Source: Candidatus Krumholzibacteriales bacterium
GTDB lineage: Bacteria > Krumholzibacteriota > Krumholzibacteriia > Krumholzibacteriales > WJIX01
Direction of reading: 5' to 3'
Length of the DNA: 64,000 nucleotides
Assembly: GCA_046483305.1 (NCBI GenBank)
Contig: JAWODM010000066.1
Location: 1-64,000 of the forward strand
Every line of letters starts with the position of its first letter. The first letter of the stretch is position 1. Position numbers and translations under genes: made by a program. Of the stretch, positions 9,842 to 19,407 are shown piece by piece. The notes under the pieces are model-generated. The model searched no databases. It had not been told where the DNA came from and was given only the letters and a program-made list of their open reading frames with translations.

Positions 9842-10183
9842 CTAAAAGTTCTCCCTGTGCTGTTTAAGCAGTTCCATATCGTCTCTGTTGGTGCACTCCA
9901 GGGATTCAAATGCCAGCTCACAAATTCTGCGCGGGAAATCGTTGCTGATGTTGTAATAGATATTTCTGTTTACTCTTCTGGATGTTACAAGCTTTTCCTC
10001 GCGCAGAATTCTCAAGTGCTTGGAAATCCTCGCCTGGCTGAAACCTGAATCCTCTACCAGCGATGTTACATTCTTCTCTTCGTCACAGAGAGAATGTATG
10101 ATCCCAAGCCTGGTCGGATCTGAGAGAGCTTTAAGCCGTCTGGCAATCAAAACGTATACGTTGAATCTCTCTTCGAATCTCAA
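9842..10183 (-). CDS. ArsR/SmtB family transcriptional regulator
   Basis: LKALSDPTRLGII, SQARISKHLRILRE, IYY winged-HTH pattern. Confidence 0.9.
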   Translation of the reverse strand: MRFEERFNVYVLIARRLKALSDPTRLGIIHSLCDEEKNVTSLVEDSGFSQARISKHLRILREEKLVTSRRVNRNIYYNISNDFPRRICELAFESLECTNRDDMELLKQHRENF

Positions 10184-10348
10184 TTCAGCTCCTTTTTCTA
10201 TATAACTATATAATTATATGACTATATTGTCAAGAATAAAATTTCTTTTTCTGCATGAAGCCGGGAAAAGGGTGTACAAATTACCGGCAATTATGGTATA
10301 ATATGCCTGCTGGCAAAGATTTGTTACTTTTTCCTAACTCTGGAGGGG

Positions 10349-11074
10349 GTGAGGCGAAACTGTAAGGTTTTCGCCTGTATTATGTTAAGAGATGCTAAAT
10401 CGCCTTTAGTTCTGATTCTGTTTCTGTCAATCATAGTTATCACATCTTCCGGCTCCGCGAAAGCGGATCCCTGCCTGGTAGTCTATCCGGAAGTTTCCTG
10501 CGTCTATCACTACGATGACACGGAGTATTATACCGTGGGGCCGGGCCATCCTCTGTATGACCCCGATTATGACCGCGGCGGAGAAGTACTCCTTGAAGTG
10601 GGAACCGACGAGATAGATATGAGCATCTACCAGGCCCCGAACCTGACCGGGTTCGAGGTTTCAACTGACGGAAATGAGGGATACGCCTTCGTAAGCACGC
10701 AGTTTGATATGGTTGTGGACGGGTTTTCCAACTCGCCCACCACTTACCACAACATACTTCTGGTTTTTGATCAGATATCGCCTGAAGGCTGTTCGCCAAC
10801 TATTCTCGTCAATGGCCAGGAGCTCGAGGGGAACTCCTATCCGATAGGAGACCTGGTTGTCTCCACTCCTACCGAAGAAGGCAATAACTATTCGGATGTG
10901 GTCATGGCGCAGGTAGAATGGTCAGGATGCTATGGTGTGCATATCTGGGCTTTTGCCGATGAGGATTACAACGGAATCCACGACGGCAATGAGTGCTTCA
11001 GTGCATTTTCCCATGACGCCATGATAGATACTGACGAGGCTTCATGGGGAGAAGTGAAGAGCGGATACAAATAG
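10349..11074 (+). CDS. Secreted acidic protein (choice-of-anchor-like domain) with C-terminal SWGEVKSGYK tail
   Basis: Signal peptide ending AKA; ends FSHDAMIDTDEASWGEVKSGYK; start may be ATG 10382. Confidence 0.75.
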   Translation: MRRNCKVFACIMLRDAKSPLVLILFLSIIVITSSGSAKADPCLVVYPEVSCVYHYDDTEYYTVGPGHPLYDPDYDRGGEVLLEVGTDEIDMSIYQAPNLTGFEVSTDGNEGYAFVSTQFDMVVDGFSNSPTTYHNILLVFDQISPEGCSPTILVNGQELEGNSYPIGDLVVSTPTEEGNNYSDVVMAQVEWSGCYGVHIWAFADEDYNGIHDGNECFSAFSHDAMIDTDEASWGEVKSGYK

Positions 11075-11211
11075 CACAGGGCAATGATTTTTTCCGTCAA
11101 GGCCGGGCCTCTCCCGGGATAAACGGATCAAGGAACCCGCCGGAAGTTACAGATAAACCCTGCGGATTAATACAGGACTGAATTTCTGGAAAATGCCCTG
11201 CTGCCGGGGTT

Positions 11212-11513
11212 GGAGTTCCCCTGAAAATCCGGCAAGTATTTTACTAACATTGCGAGATACAATAAGTTATTAGGATTGGTAACTGGAATAGGGTTTTCAT
11301 TGCTGGTGAGTGTGGATGATTGATATTTTCAAAACCCTCCGGAGGGCAAGCGGGCAAGGATTTCTGACCCGGAGGGGCAGAAAGAGCGAGCCCGAGGCGG
11401 GAGTGGCGGTTTCCTCGCCGGGGAAATCGACCACGATTTTGAAAATATCAATCATCCACATACTATTACAAATCATCGACTACCTTATAGGTTATAAAAA
11501 TTGGGGAAACTCC
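11212..11513. mobile_element. MITE-like inverted-repeat element, copy 1
   Basis: Ends GGAGTTCCCC / TTGGGGAAACTCC; arms resemble the copy at 43837-44028. Confidence 0.6.
11311..11460. repeat. 150-bp cassette bounded by a perfect 24-bp inverted repeat
   Basis: TGTGGATGATTGATATTTTCAAAA at 11311-11334, exact reverse complement at 11437-11460. Confidence 0.9.
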
Positions 11514-11540
11514 AACTGCCGCTCCAACTGCCGGGGGGGG

Positions 11541-11569
11541 TTGACACAATTTTCAAATGATGTTACAAT
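11541..11569 (+). promoter_or_regulatory. Sigma-70 promoter
   Basis: TTGACA-17bp-TACAAT with TG extended -10. Confidence 0.7.
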
Positions 11570-11678
11570 GATAATCGACGTCTGGAATTGAAGATATTAT
11601 CTCCTCTATAACCTCTGCGCGGCAATACTATTTCTAAATCCGCCGTTTTTAATATCAATTTAAAATAAAGGTAAGAAG

Positions 11679-12248
11679 ATGCGTTCATTAACAAAGAAAA
11701 CGTTTCTGTCAATGATTCTGCTGATCCCGGCCTTGCTGGTGTCATCTCAGGCCTCCGCCGCCGGGCGGGCCGCTTTCATCAACTGGGCCAGCGGCGAGAG
11801 CCGGGAGATAGACACCCGCTGGGAAAGGATCACCAAAGGCAGAAGGCTCGAGCCGGTAGTTATCAGGAGCGGATATAACCGCCGGGCCAGATACAGAGCC
11901 GGATCAGTATCCCGGCCGGACTGGAAAGGTTCCGCTTCAGCCTGCAACGCGGCCGGTTTCACCGGCTCGGGAAGCGGAAGGATTTTTCCCAGGGCATCCA
12001 GAAAGAGAAGCGGGCCGACCCGCGGAAGTTCCAGCTTTACTAATCCTGCCAGCATGAACCACGGCCTCTCTTACAGTGTCCGCCGTCCCGGCGGTTCCTC
12101 TGCCCACAGACGGAACTCTGTTTCTCAAAGAGGCGCCATCTCCAGGCCCAGGCTCAAAAGTTTTGGCAGGATTTCCAGCAGCAGCCGGAGGTCAACCATC
12201 GGCACGAAACTAAATCCATTCTCCGGCCGCCGGAGGCGTAGAAGATAG
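11679..12248 (+). CDS. Hypothetical secreted Arg/Ser-rich basic protein
   Basis: Signal peptide ending ASA; near-consensus promoter upstream; GC-rich hairpin at about 12265-12293 downstream. Confidence 0.55.
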   Translation: MRSLTKKTFLSMILLIPALLVSSQASAAGRAAFINWASGESREIDTRWERITKGRRLEPVVIRSGYNRRARYRAGSVSRPDWKGSASACNAAGFTGSGSGRIFPRASRKRSGPTRGSSSFTNPASMNHGLSYSVRRPGGSSAHRRNSVSQRGAISRPRLKSFGRISSSSRRSTIGTKLNPFSGRRRRRR

Positions 12249-12360
12249 TTACCATCCTCTATCTGCCGGCTTCCTCCTCCGGAGGGAGCCGGCCTCTTGG
12301 CCGCACAGTTATTTCAGAAGTACAGGAACCCCGCATTGATAGGAGAAAAATGGGGCGAAC

Positions 12361-12377
12361 TGTCGGGATTCTTTACA
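12361..12377 (+). promoter_or_regulatory. Putative PrsR enhancer (PEP-CTERM box)
   Basis: TGTCGGGATTCTTTACA (TGT-N11-ACA) about 80 bp upstream of a sigma-54 promoter. Confidence 0.55.
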
Positions 12378-12457
12378 CTTTGACGGCTGGTAAAAATAAC
12401 CCATGTTAACACACTGATAAGCAATTGTAATAAAAGACATTATGCGCTCGCTCATAA

Positions 12458-12473
12458 TGGCATACCAATTGCA
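12458..12473 (+). promoter_or_regulatory. Sigma-54 promoter of the PEP-CTERM gene
   Basis: TGGCATACCAATTGCA, GG-N10-GC. Confidence 0.8.
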
Positions 12474-12544
12474 ATAATAGTAAGACGGATATGAATATTT
12501 TTGTGTTTAATAAAGTTTTTCGACAGTAAAAAAAGGAGTTTGCA

Positions 12545-13267
12545 ATGAGAAAGTTTTCGACAGCAGCATTTGCGGCGGCAATAATACTGGTTATGGCGGT
12601 CTCGGCTTCTGCAATTCCCAGGCTTCAGACCTACATTACAAATTCAAGGTACTTCAACCATTACAATCTGATTGACCACTACTCCTGGGTTTCCAACTAC
12701 AACCAGTTCGATCTGAATGTGGTAGGTTACTGGGGAGCTGCCGCTACCAATACATCCGGCGGGATTGCTTCAAATCTTTACGGAAGCGCGGGTCCAAGGC
12801 CTGACTTTGATTACATGGACACCTATCTCAGCATCAATGTTCCAAAAAACCAGTCAGGCTCAATCTGGATAAACGGCGTTGAAATAACCAGCTTCGAGAG
12901 ATACCTGGACGCAGTTCCCGATGGAGCCAATCCGGCGTGGTATCTTCCTCTTTCTACCCCCAACCTTCTGGGGGATTACAACTTCCATGATGTGGGACGC
13001 CTTACCAACGAAAGCATTGTTGACTGGCACTACGGTTTCACTGACATCGGTGTTCCCGGATGGGGAGATATGGCGATGCTGGATATAGTGGTTGAGGGAT
13101 TTGACTGGGCCAACTTTGATGCGATAGGGATCGATTCAGAGGGCAGGACCATCACCAATATGCCTTTTAATGATTCGAGTTATTTCGCCACTCCGGAGCC
13201 GGGCACCCTGTCCCTTCTCGGGCTCGGGCTCCTGGGTATAGTTCCGCTGATCAGAAGAAAGAAATAG
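12545..13267 (+). CDS. PEP-CTERM sorting domain protein (choice-of-anchor-like)
   Basis: Signal peptide; C-terminus TPEPGTLSLLGLGLLGIVPLIRRKK. Confidence 0.93.
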   Translation: MRKFSTAAFAAAIILVMAVSASAIPRLQTYITNSRYFNHYNLIDHYSWVSNYNQFDLNVVGYWGAAATNTSGGIASNLYGSAGPRPDFDYMDTYLSINVPKNQSGSIWINGVEITSFERYLDAVPDGANPAWYLPLSTPNLLGDYNFHDVGRLTNESIVDWHYGFTDIGVPGWGDMAMLDIVVEGFDWANFDAIGIDSEGRTITNMPFNDSSYFATPEPGTLSLLGLGLLGIVPLIRRKK

Positions 13268-13293
13268 AAAAAAAGGAAATCATCCTCATAATC

Positions 13294-13325
13294 AAGCGGG
13301 GGCCCCTGAGGTTCCCGCTTTTTTT
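13294..13325 (+). terminator. Rho-independent terminator
   Basis: AAGCGGG...CCCGCTT followed by a T run. Confidence 0.8.
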
Positions 13326-13326
13326 G

Positions 13327-13342
13327 TGGCACCTCTCTTGCA
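13327..13342 (+). promoter_or_regulatory. Sigma-54 promoter of the exosortase operon
   Basis: TGGCACCTCTCTTGCA, consensus -24/-12. Confidence 0.85.
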
Positions 13343-13407
13343 AATAATAAAACTAAAATATATCATTTGAATTATGATATACTTGCCGCCATCAAAGGGA
13401 GAGAAGA

Positions 13408-14259
13408 TTGACGGTATCAGCGGAAAATATCAGAGAGAACAGGAAGCAGAAGGCACTCTTTCTTACCGCATCCATTCTGCTGACCCTGCTCTACCTGCCG
13501 GTCCTTCACAACCTGGCAAAGCAGTGGCTGAATGATCCTAACTACAGGCATGGCCTTCTTATACCGGTTGTTTTAATATTCCTCATACGCAAAAAGCGGG
13601 ATACTATAAAAGAAAAATCGCCATACCGGAGCAGTCCGGGAACGGCCTCCCTTCTCCTGGCTCTTGCATCTGTCCTCCTGATCGGAGGCACGGCAGCATC
13701 CGAACTGTTCACCTCCAGGCTCTCTCTGGCGCTGTTTATCATGGGGGCGGTAATTCTCCTTGCCGGCCCGGGGCTGGTTAAAATTCTGGCGGCGGAATCG
13801 GTTCTGATGTTCCTGATGATACCACTGCCGTATATTATCTATTACAGGCTGACCTTTCCACTCCAGCTGCTCAGCGCGAGACTGAGCGCGCTGATACTGA
13901 AAGGGCTGCAGCTCAGTGTAATCAGAAAAGGGAATATAATCATCCTGCCAAAATATACACTGGAAGTGGTGGCAGCGTGCAGCGGTCTGAGGTCCCTGCT
14001 TACCATGGTCACCCTGGGAGTTATAATGGCCGCGGCGTCGTCATATTCGGCCGGCAGGAAAATTCTTCTGGTGGCCTGCTCGGTACCTGTGGCGGTAGCG
14101 GCAAATACTTTCAGACTGGTGGTGACGGCTCTCGGCGCGCAATTGGCCGGCCCGGCTTTCGCGGACGGGGTCCTTCATCAGATTTCCGGGCTGATGGTTT
14201 TCGGCTCCGGGCTTATCATGCTGCTTATAATAAACTGGATGCTCAAATGGGAAAAATGA
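13408..14259 (+). CDS. Exosortase (EpsH family)
   Basis: Multi-TM; YRHGLLIP, catalytic VVAACSGLRSL, ANTFRL, LHQISG. Confidence 0.92.
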   Translation: MTVSAENIRENRKQKALFLTASILLTLLYLPVLHNLAKQWLNDPNYRHGLLIPVVLIFLIRKKRDTIKEKSPYRSSPGTASLLLALASVLLIGGTAASELFTSRLSLALFIMGAVILLAGPGLVKILAAESVLMFLMIPLPYIIYYRLTFPLQLLSARLSALILKGLQLSVIRKGNIIILPKYTLEVVAACSGLRSLLTMVTLGVIMAAASSYSAGRKILLVACSVPVAVAANTFRLVVTALGAQLAGPAFADGVLHQISGLMVFGSGLIMLLIINWMLKWEK

Positions 14260-14891
14260 ACAATAAATACCTGGCCGCCCTGATAGCGCTGATTACGGTT
14301 CTGATTGTATATACTTATATTCTCAGATACAGAGAACCGGAGCCGGCGGGAATGCCGGGGCTGGAAATAATCCCGGAGAGGATCAACGGATACGGATCCC
14401 GGTCAGTCGAAATGTCCCCCGACGCTCTGAGAATCCTCGGTTCCGATACAACCCTGGCCAGGGTTTATTCCGACGGGTCAGATGAGCTGGAATTCTTCCT
14501 GGGATTCTTCAGGCAGCAGCAGAAGAATTCTCAGATACATTCACCCAGGCATTGCTATCCGGGTTCGGGATGGGATATAATCAGAGAGAAGAGTATGGAG
14601 CTGAACCCGGGTGATAGGGTTATTCCCGCCAGGAGCATGTTGATCTCGGACGGGGAAGCAAAGAGATTTGTAATTTACTGGTTCAGTATAAATGGACGCT
14701 TTATAACCAACGAGTTCGCCCTGAAATGGCAGCAGCTCAGGTTCTCGCTGCTGGGCCGCCCACAGGCGGCCGCATTTATAAGATTCTCTGTAATTCTTCC
14801 CGGGGGAAGAGAAGAGCAGGCCAGGGCTGATTTGATAGGGCTCGCTGAGAAATTGTACCCGCACATAGAGAGATCCCTCCGGAACCTCTGA
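14256..14891 (+). CDS. epsI: EpsI family exosortase-associated protein
   Basis: IHSPRHCYPGSGW and VIYWF motifs; ATGA overlap with the exosortase stop. Confidence 0.88.
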   Translation: MNNKYLAALIALITVLIVYTYILRYREPEPAGMPGLEIIPERINGYGSRSVEMSPDALRILGSDTTLARVYSDGSDELEFFLGFFRQQQKNSQIHSPRHCYPGSGWDIIREKSMELNPGDRVIPARSMLISDGEAKRFVIYWFSINGRFITNEFALKWQQLRFSLLGRPQAAAFIRFSVILPGGREEQARADLIGLAEKLYPHIERSLRNL

Positions 14892-14904
14892 CGGGAGAAA
14901 AACC

Positions 14905-15783
14905 ATGGAGACGAAGGAAAATACAGCTGAATGGCGGCAGGTATCGAACACCCAATCCATAGTAAACACCTTTGTATCCTCCCTGTCCGCCCTGAAGGCC
15001 CCGGTAGTGGCCCTCCCTTCATTGATCTACTTCATCCTGCACCTGACCATTATGTTAACATACCTCCATCTGCAGATCGAAACGCTTCAATCATTCTGGG
15101 CTCTTTTTGCAGGGGGAATAAACCCGGGAATATTTAACCATTACCCGCATCATATCATACTCATGCAGTCAGTTCTGGGCAGGTTCGATATATTCCTTGA
15201 TATCTTTGTTCATATTATTATTCAGGGAGCTACCGTTGTAATGGTCGCCGCTTTTCTTACCGGGGGCGCTCCATCCGCAACCCGCTCATTCTCCCTCACC
15301 CTGAGAAGGTACGGCCATCTTCTGGCGGTCTCAATCATCAGTTCCGGAGCGATCTTTCTCACCATCAATATTTCGGAGATGGCAGCCAGCTACCTGATTC
15401 CGGGAGCCCGCCTTATAGCTGCAGGAGTAAGTGTGATAATAGCCCTTATGATCCAGGCCGTTTTTGTATACACTACGCCGTTTATCCTGCTCGAGAGCGA
15501 GGATGCCTTCTCCTCGATACGGAGAAGTTTCAGGATGGCGTTTCGGTTAGCGGGGCTAACTTCGATGCTGGTTGTTATACCATTTGTGCTGACCCTTCCG
15601 TCGGTGCTTCTGGATATAAAAGCGGAGATGATCGCATTCAGGCTGTCTCCCGATTTCATCATATATAACCATACCGTGGGAGAGCTGCTGCAGACTATCG
15701 CCATATATCTGATGACGGCCGGCTCCGCGGTAATTGTAATCACGAACAGAAGAAACCTTCTCGATGACGCCGATAATACATAA
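14905..15783 (+). CDS. Hypothetical integral membrane protein
   Basis: About 6 hydrophobic segments; within the operon. Confidence 0.75.
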   Translation: METKENTAEWRQVSNTQSIVNTFVSSLSALKAPVVALPSLIYFILHLTIMLTYLHLQIETLQSFWALFAGGINPGIFNHYPHHIILMQSVLGRFDIFLDIFVHIIIQGATVVMVAAFLTGGAPSATRSFSLTLRRYGHLLAVSIISSGAIFLTINISEMAASYLIPGARLIAAGVSVIIALMIQAVFVYTTPFILLESEDAFSSIRRSFRMAFRLAGLTSMLVVIPFVLTLPSVLLDIKAEMIAFRLSPDFIIYNHTVGELLQTIAIYLMTAGSAVIVITNRRNLLDDADNT

Positions 15784-15796
15784 GGAGGATTGTTAA

Positions 15797-17293
15797 TTGA
15801 TTATTTCACCGGAAAAAATGTTCAAGCCTCTTATTCTGATTATGGTATCTGCGGTAATATTCAGCTCATGCGAAAAGAAGAGTATTGAATATCAGGCCGA
15901 AAAAGAGCTTTTCGAGGCCAGAAAGATGAGGCACGAACTATCGTCCGCCTCCCTGAAGAGCGAGTTCCTGACAAGAACACTGGATACCTACAGGGGGATT
16001 GTGGAGAAATACAGGGGCCGGGGCGGAAGCTCGGCAGCCCTGGACACCATAGTGGTGGCCGCCCAGCTGGAGATGGCACAGCTGGAATACAGGACCGGGA
16101 TGCTGGACCGGGCCTACCAGGATTTCAGGGAAGCTTTTGCAATCGCCGAGAGGATACCCTCGGCCAGAGCGAACGCTATTTATTCGGCTGCGGTAATATC
16201 GAGGGAGCTTGACGATGTGGAATCGTCCCTCGAACATTACCGGGAATTTTACCGCGAATTTCTGGCGCCCGGCGCGCGCCCTTTCAGAATAGAACTGAAC
16301 AGGCGGTACATACTTGCTCCAATTGAAATTGGCCACCTCTACCTGGAGCAGGGTGACAGAGAAAAGGCCGGTGAATGGTACAGCGCCTCCGAAGAGCTCT
16401 ACTCCGCTATCATCCAGAACGGCGGTTACCCAAACCTGCGGGAGGACGCAAAATTAAACAGAATCACAGCCCTGCTTCAGCGGCAGGAGTGGCAGGAAGC
16501 CAGAAAATATCTTAATAAACTGGAAGGAGAGATCAACTCCGAAGAGAAAATACCGGCACTGATGTATATCAGGGCGCGGATAGAACTGAACGGATTCGAT
16601 AACAGCAGAGGGGCCATAAGAATACTCGAGGCGATAGCCCGGAAGTATCCTCAATCCAGAGAAGCGTCCAGCGCCCTGGTTACAGCGGCAGGCATAAAAT
16701 TCAGAGAGGGAAACTACACTGAGGCCACAAAGTTCTGCCGGAGAATATTAGACGATTATTCCGGAAGAAGGAATGAAGCCGCAGAAGCGATATGGATGCT
16801 CGCTGAGATGGAGGAAAAGAGTGGAAACTGGCTGGAAGCCAGCCTTCATTACAAATCGCTTTACCAGAATCATCCCCTCACCCTTCAGGGATTGGAAGCG
16901 CCTCTGAGGATCGCTCGCCATTTTGCCGAAGCGGGAGAAAAGGATGTTGCCGGGGATGCCTACGCCAGAGCAGGGGAACATTACAGTGAACTGATATCAG
17001 AAAGCAATTCGCAGGGGGCCAGGATAATGGCTGAAAAATACCTGGTGAGAGCCTTAACTGAAGAGGGCAGATGGGAGGAGGCAGTAACCAGGCTTCTGGA
17101 ACTCATAGACAGGTACCCGGGGTACCGGAAATTCAGGGGGAATTATCTTCGCGCCGCGTCAATATGCGAAGAGAAGATGAATAACCCGGACAGGGCCGCC
17201 GAAATTCTGAGCGAATGCGCGGAAAGATACCCCGGCTCCAGCCTTGCTTCGGAAGCCAGAAAACAGCTGAATAGAATCAGGAGCTCCAGATGA
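15797..17293 (+). CDS. TPR-repeat lipoprotein (PrsT-like position)
   Basis: AAGGAGG RBS, lipobox FSSC, TPR-like repeats. Confidence 0.8.
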   Translation: MIISPEKMFKPLILIMVSAVIFSSCEKKSIEYQAEKELFEARKMRHELSSASLKSEFLTRTLDTYRGIVEKYRGRGGSSAALDTIVVAAQLEMAQLEYRTGMLDRAYQDFREAFAIAERIPSARANAIYSAAVISRELDDVESSLEHYREFYREFLAPGARPFRIELNRRYILAPIEIGHLYLEQGDREKAGEWYSASEELYSAIIQNGGYPNLREDAKLNRITALLQRQEWQEARKYLNKLEGEINSEEKIPALMYIRARIELNGFDNSRGAIRILEAIARKYPQSREASSALVTAAGIKFREGNYTEATKFCRRILDDYSGRRNEAAEAIWMLAEMEEKSGNWLEASLHYKSLYQNHPLTLQGLEAPLRIARHFAEAGEKDVAGDAYARAGEHYSELISESNSQGARIMAEKYLVRALTEEGRWEEAVTRLLELIDRYPGYRKFRGNYLRAASICEEKMNNPDRAAEILSECAERYPGSSLASEARKQLNRIRSSR

Positions 17294-19392
17294 TCTATCT
17301 TCCGGAAACAGTGTCTGCGGCTGCGGCTGTTCTTATGGTCACACTGGGAACTACCGTTACTCTCAGATCCCCCGAAGCTGCAGGCAAACGGTTGTTCGCG
17401 GCTGCCTCCTTCTCGTTCGCGGCGATTTCAGCGGCGGCCCTGGGCATAATGAGATCGCATCAGCCCGAAACTGCTCTCTCCGGTCTCCGGCTGCTGATGA
17501 TTTTCTCCTTTATCGCCACTTCTCTGGTAATATCCTATTTCAGGAGCATGGGGAAGGAGAGCCGCTCAGGCAAAGACCGGGCCTTTGCCATCTCCGTAAT
17601 AGCAGCGGGCTTTGCCGCCGCCATATTGCTTATCTTCATCCCCGCATCATTGTTTATTACCAGGGTTCACTTCTTCAGAGACGCGGGGGGGCTGTTCTGG
17701 GGAATTACCGTTTCCGGCTGGGGAAAAGCGGGCGCCACCATTATTCTGCTCAGTAATGTATATGTGCTTCACAGGCTGGAAAATCTATTCAGGTCTTCGA
17801 ACATCCCGGCGAAGGTAGCTATCAAGTACCCCCTGCTGGGAATAATAATAACCTCTCTGATTAACTTTACGGTCTTCAGCAGGCTTATAGCCATATCCAT
17901 ACTGAACCGGACCCATATCGCGGTACTGGCCTCCGGAACTATTATTCTGGCTACCAGCTGGCTCTATGCGGTGATACGTTATCAACCACTCCGTATTACC
18001 GTCAGGGCTTTTCAGCCGACCTCCGGTTTAGCGGTAACCCTGACCGGCCTGTACCTCATATCCCTTTCCATAATTTCATATATCTCCTCCATACTGGAAG
18101 TCCCCTTCGACAGTTTCACGGCCCTTCTGTTCGCCCTGTTCGGGGCGTTCCTGGTCCTGGCAACTGCGATATCCGGAAAAACCAGAAGGAGAATCAGACG
18201 ATTCATCAGCGACAATTTTCAGACGGACCGTTACAACTACCGGAGGGAATGGAACAGATACTCCAGGATAATGAATGAGAGAAACTCAAAGGAAGACCTT
18301 CTTCAGAACGTCATCGGTTCCATATGCGAATCGATGCTGGTGAGCAGAGGATGCATCTGTACCAGCCTGAACGGTTCGGAGTCAATATATTACGGCAGGG
18401 TTCCCGGCGCAGGATGTATGGAGGCGCTCCGGGATTTGATCTCCTCCTTCAGCGAAAGCGAAGGCATCCTGTTCTTTAATAAAGGAGGCGCTTCCGTACA
18501 TTTGAAGAAATATTCCAGCTCCGCGGAGGTTTCAGAAGCTGAATGGATAAGAGCGGTTTCGGTTCTGGGGAGCCTTGAAAATCCATTGGGAGTAATAGCG
18601 CTGGGCGAAAAGGATACCAGAGCCAGATTTGTGGAGGAGGACAGAAATTTCCTCAAAATCGTTTCCGAGCAGCTTGCACTGGCCCTGGAAAACTTTCTGC
18701 TTTCTGAAAGGATAATTGAATCGGACAGGATAGAATCTTTTAACAGGTTTGCCTCGTTCGTTATACATGACCTCAAGAACACCCTGGGGATGCTTTCTCT
18801 GACCGCCGAGAATGCCAGAGACAATATTGCCGATCCGCGATTCCAAAAGGATGCGGTAGAGGTCCTTCAGCGCGCGGTGGAGAAAATCAACAATCTGATT
18901 TCTTCACTGAGCGCCCATAGATCTCCCCCCGAAATCTCCAGAAGAGAAATGGATATCGCATCATTTCTGGACCAGAGGGCCGGGATGCTGGAAGAAATTG
19001 CCCGGGGCAGAAATATCAGACTGGTTATAAGCGGGGAAGAAGGGCTCCGTTCATTTGCGGACCCGGAAGCTGTTGAAAAGATAATCGAGAACCTGGTGCT
19101 GAACTCCGTGGAGGCCTCCGAAGAGGGCAGCGAGGTAACTTTAAGGGCTGAAAGAGCTGAGGACGGCTGGATAACTCTGACTGTGTCCGACCGGGGAGAG
19201 GGTTTTCAGAAGGAATATTTCAATAACGACCTGTTCAAACCGTTCAGGAGCACCAAGAAGAACGGGCTTGGGATAGGGCTGGTGATGTGTAAAACACTTG
19301 CCGAAGCGCATGATGGCACTATAATTATAGAGAACAGAAGCTCGGGCGGAGCCTCGGTTACCCTGAGGATACCCGGGCTGGAGAGAGATTAA
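17290..19392 (+). CDS. prsK: PEP-CTERM system histidine kinase
   Basis: N-terminal TMs, RYNYRREW, FNRFASFVIHDLKN H-box, PFRSTKKNGLGIGL. Confidence 0.88.
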   Translation: MIYLPETVSAAAAVLMVTLGTTVTLRSPEAAGKRLFAAASFSFAAISAAALGIMRSHQPETALSGLRLLMIFSFIATSLVISYFRSMGKESRSGKDRAFAISVIAAGFAAAILLIFIPASLFITRVHFFRDAGGLFWGITVSGWGKAGATIILLSNVYVLHRLENLFRSSNIPAKVAIKYPLLGIIITSLINFTVFSRLIAISILNRTHIAVLASGTIILATSWLYAVIRYQPLRITVRAFQPTSGLAVTLTGLYLISLSIISYISSILEVPFDSFTALLFALFGAFLVLATAISGKTRRRIRRFISDNFQTDRYNYRREWNRYSRIMNERNSKEDLLQNVIGSICESMLVSRGCICTSLNGSESIYYGRVPGAGCMEALRDLISSFSESEGILFFNKGGASVHLKKYSSSAEVSEAEWIRAVSVLGSLENPLGVIALGEKDTRARFVEEDRNFLKIVSEQLALALENFLLSERIIESDRIESFNRFASFVIHDLKNTLGMLSLTAENARDNIADPRFQKDAVEVLQRAVEKINNLISSLSAHRSPPEISRREMDIASFLDQRAGMLEEIARGRNIRLVISGEEGLRSFADPEAVEKIIENLVLNSVEASEEGSEVTLRAERAEDGWITLTVSDRGEGFQKEYFNNDLFKPFRSTKKNGLGIGLVMCKTLAEAHDGTIIIENRSSGGASVTLRIPGLERD

Positions 19393-19407
19393 CAGAAAGG
19401 ATCATCA

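Noticed and set aside
11510..11533. Direct repeat as a possible CRISPR remnant
   Set aside because: Only two abutting 12-bp copies, no spacers and no cas genes.
11310..11591. 93-aa ORF on + strand
   Set aside because: Lies across the inverted-repeat element and a promoter; likely spurious.
13977..14255. Long N-terminal extension of EpsI in the ORF track
   Set aside because: It overlaps the exosortase; the ATGA-coupled start at 14256 is more plausible.
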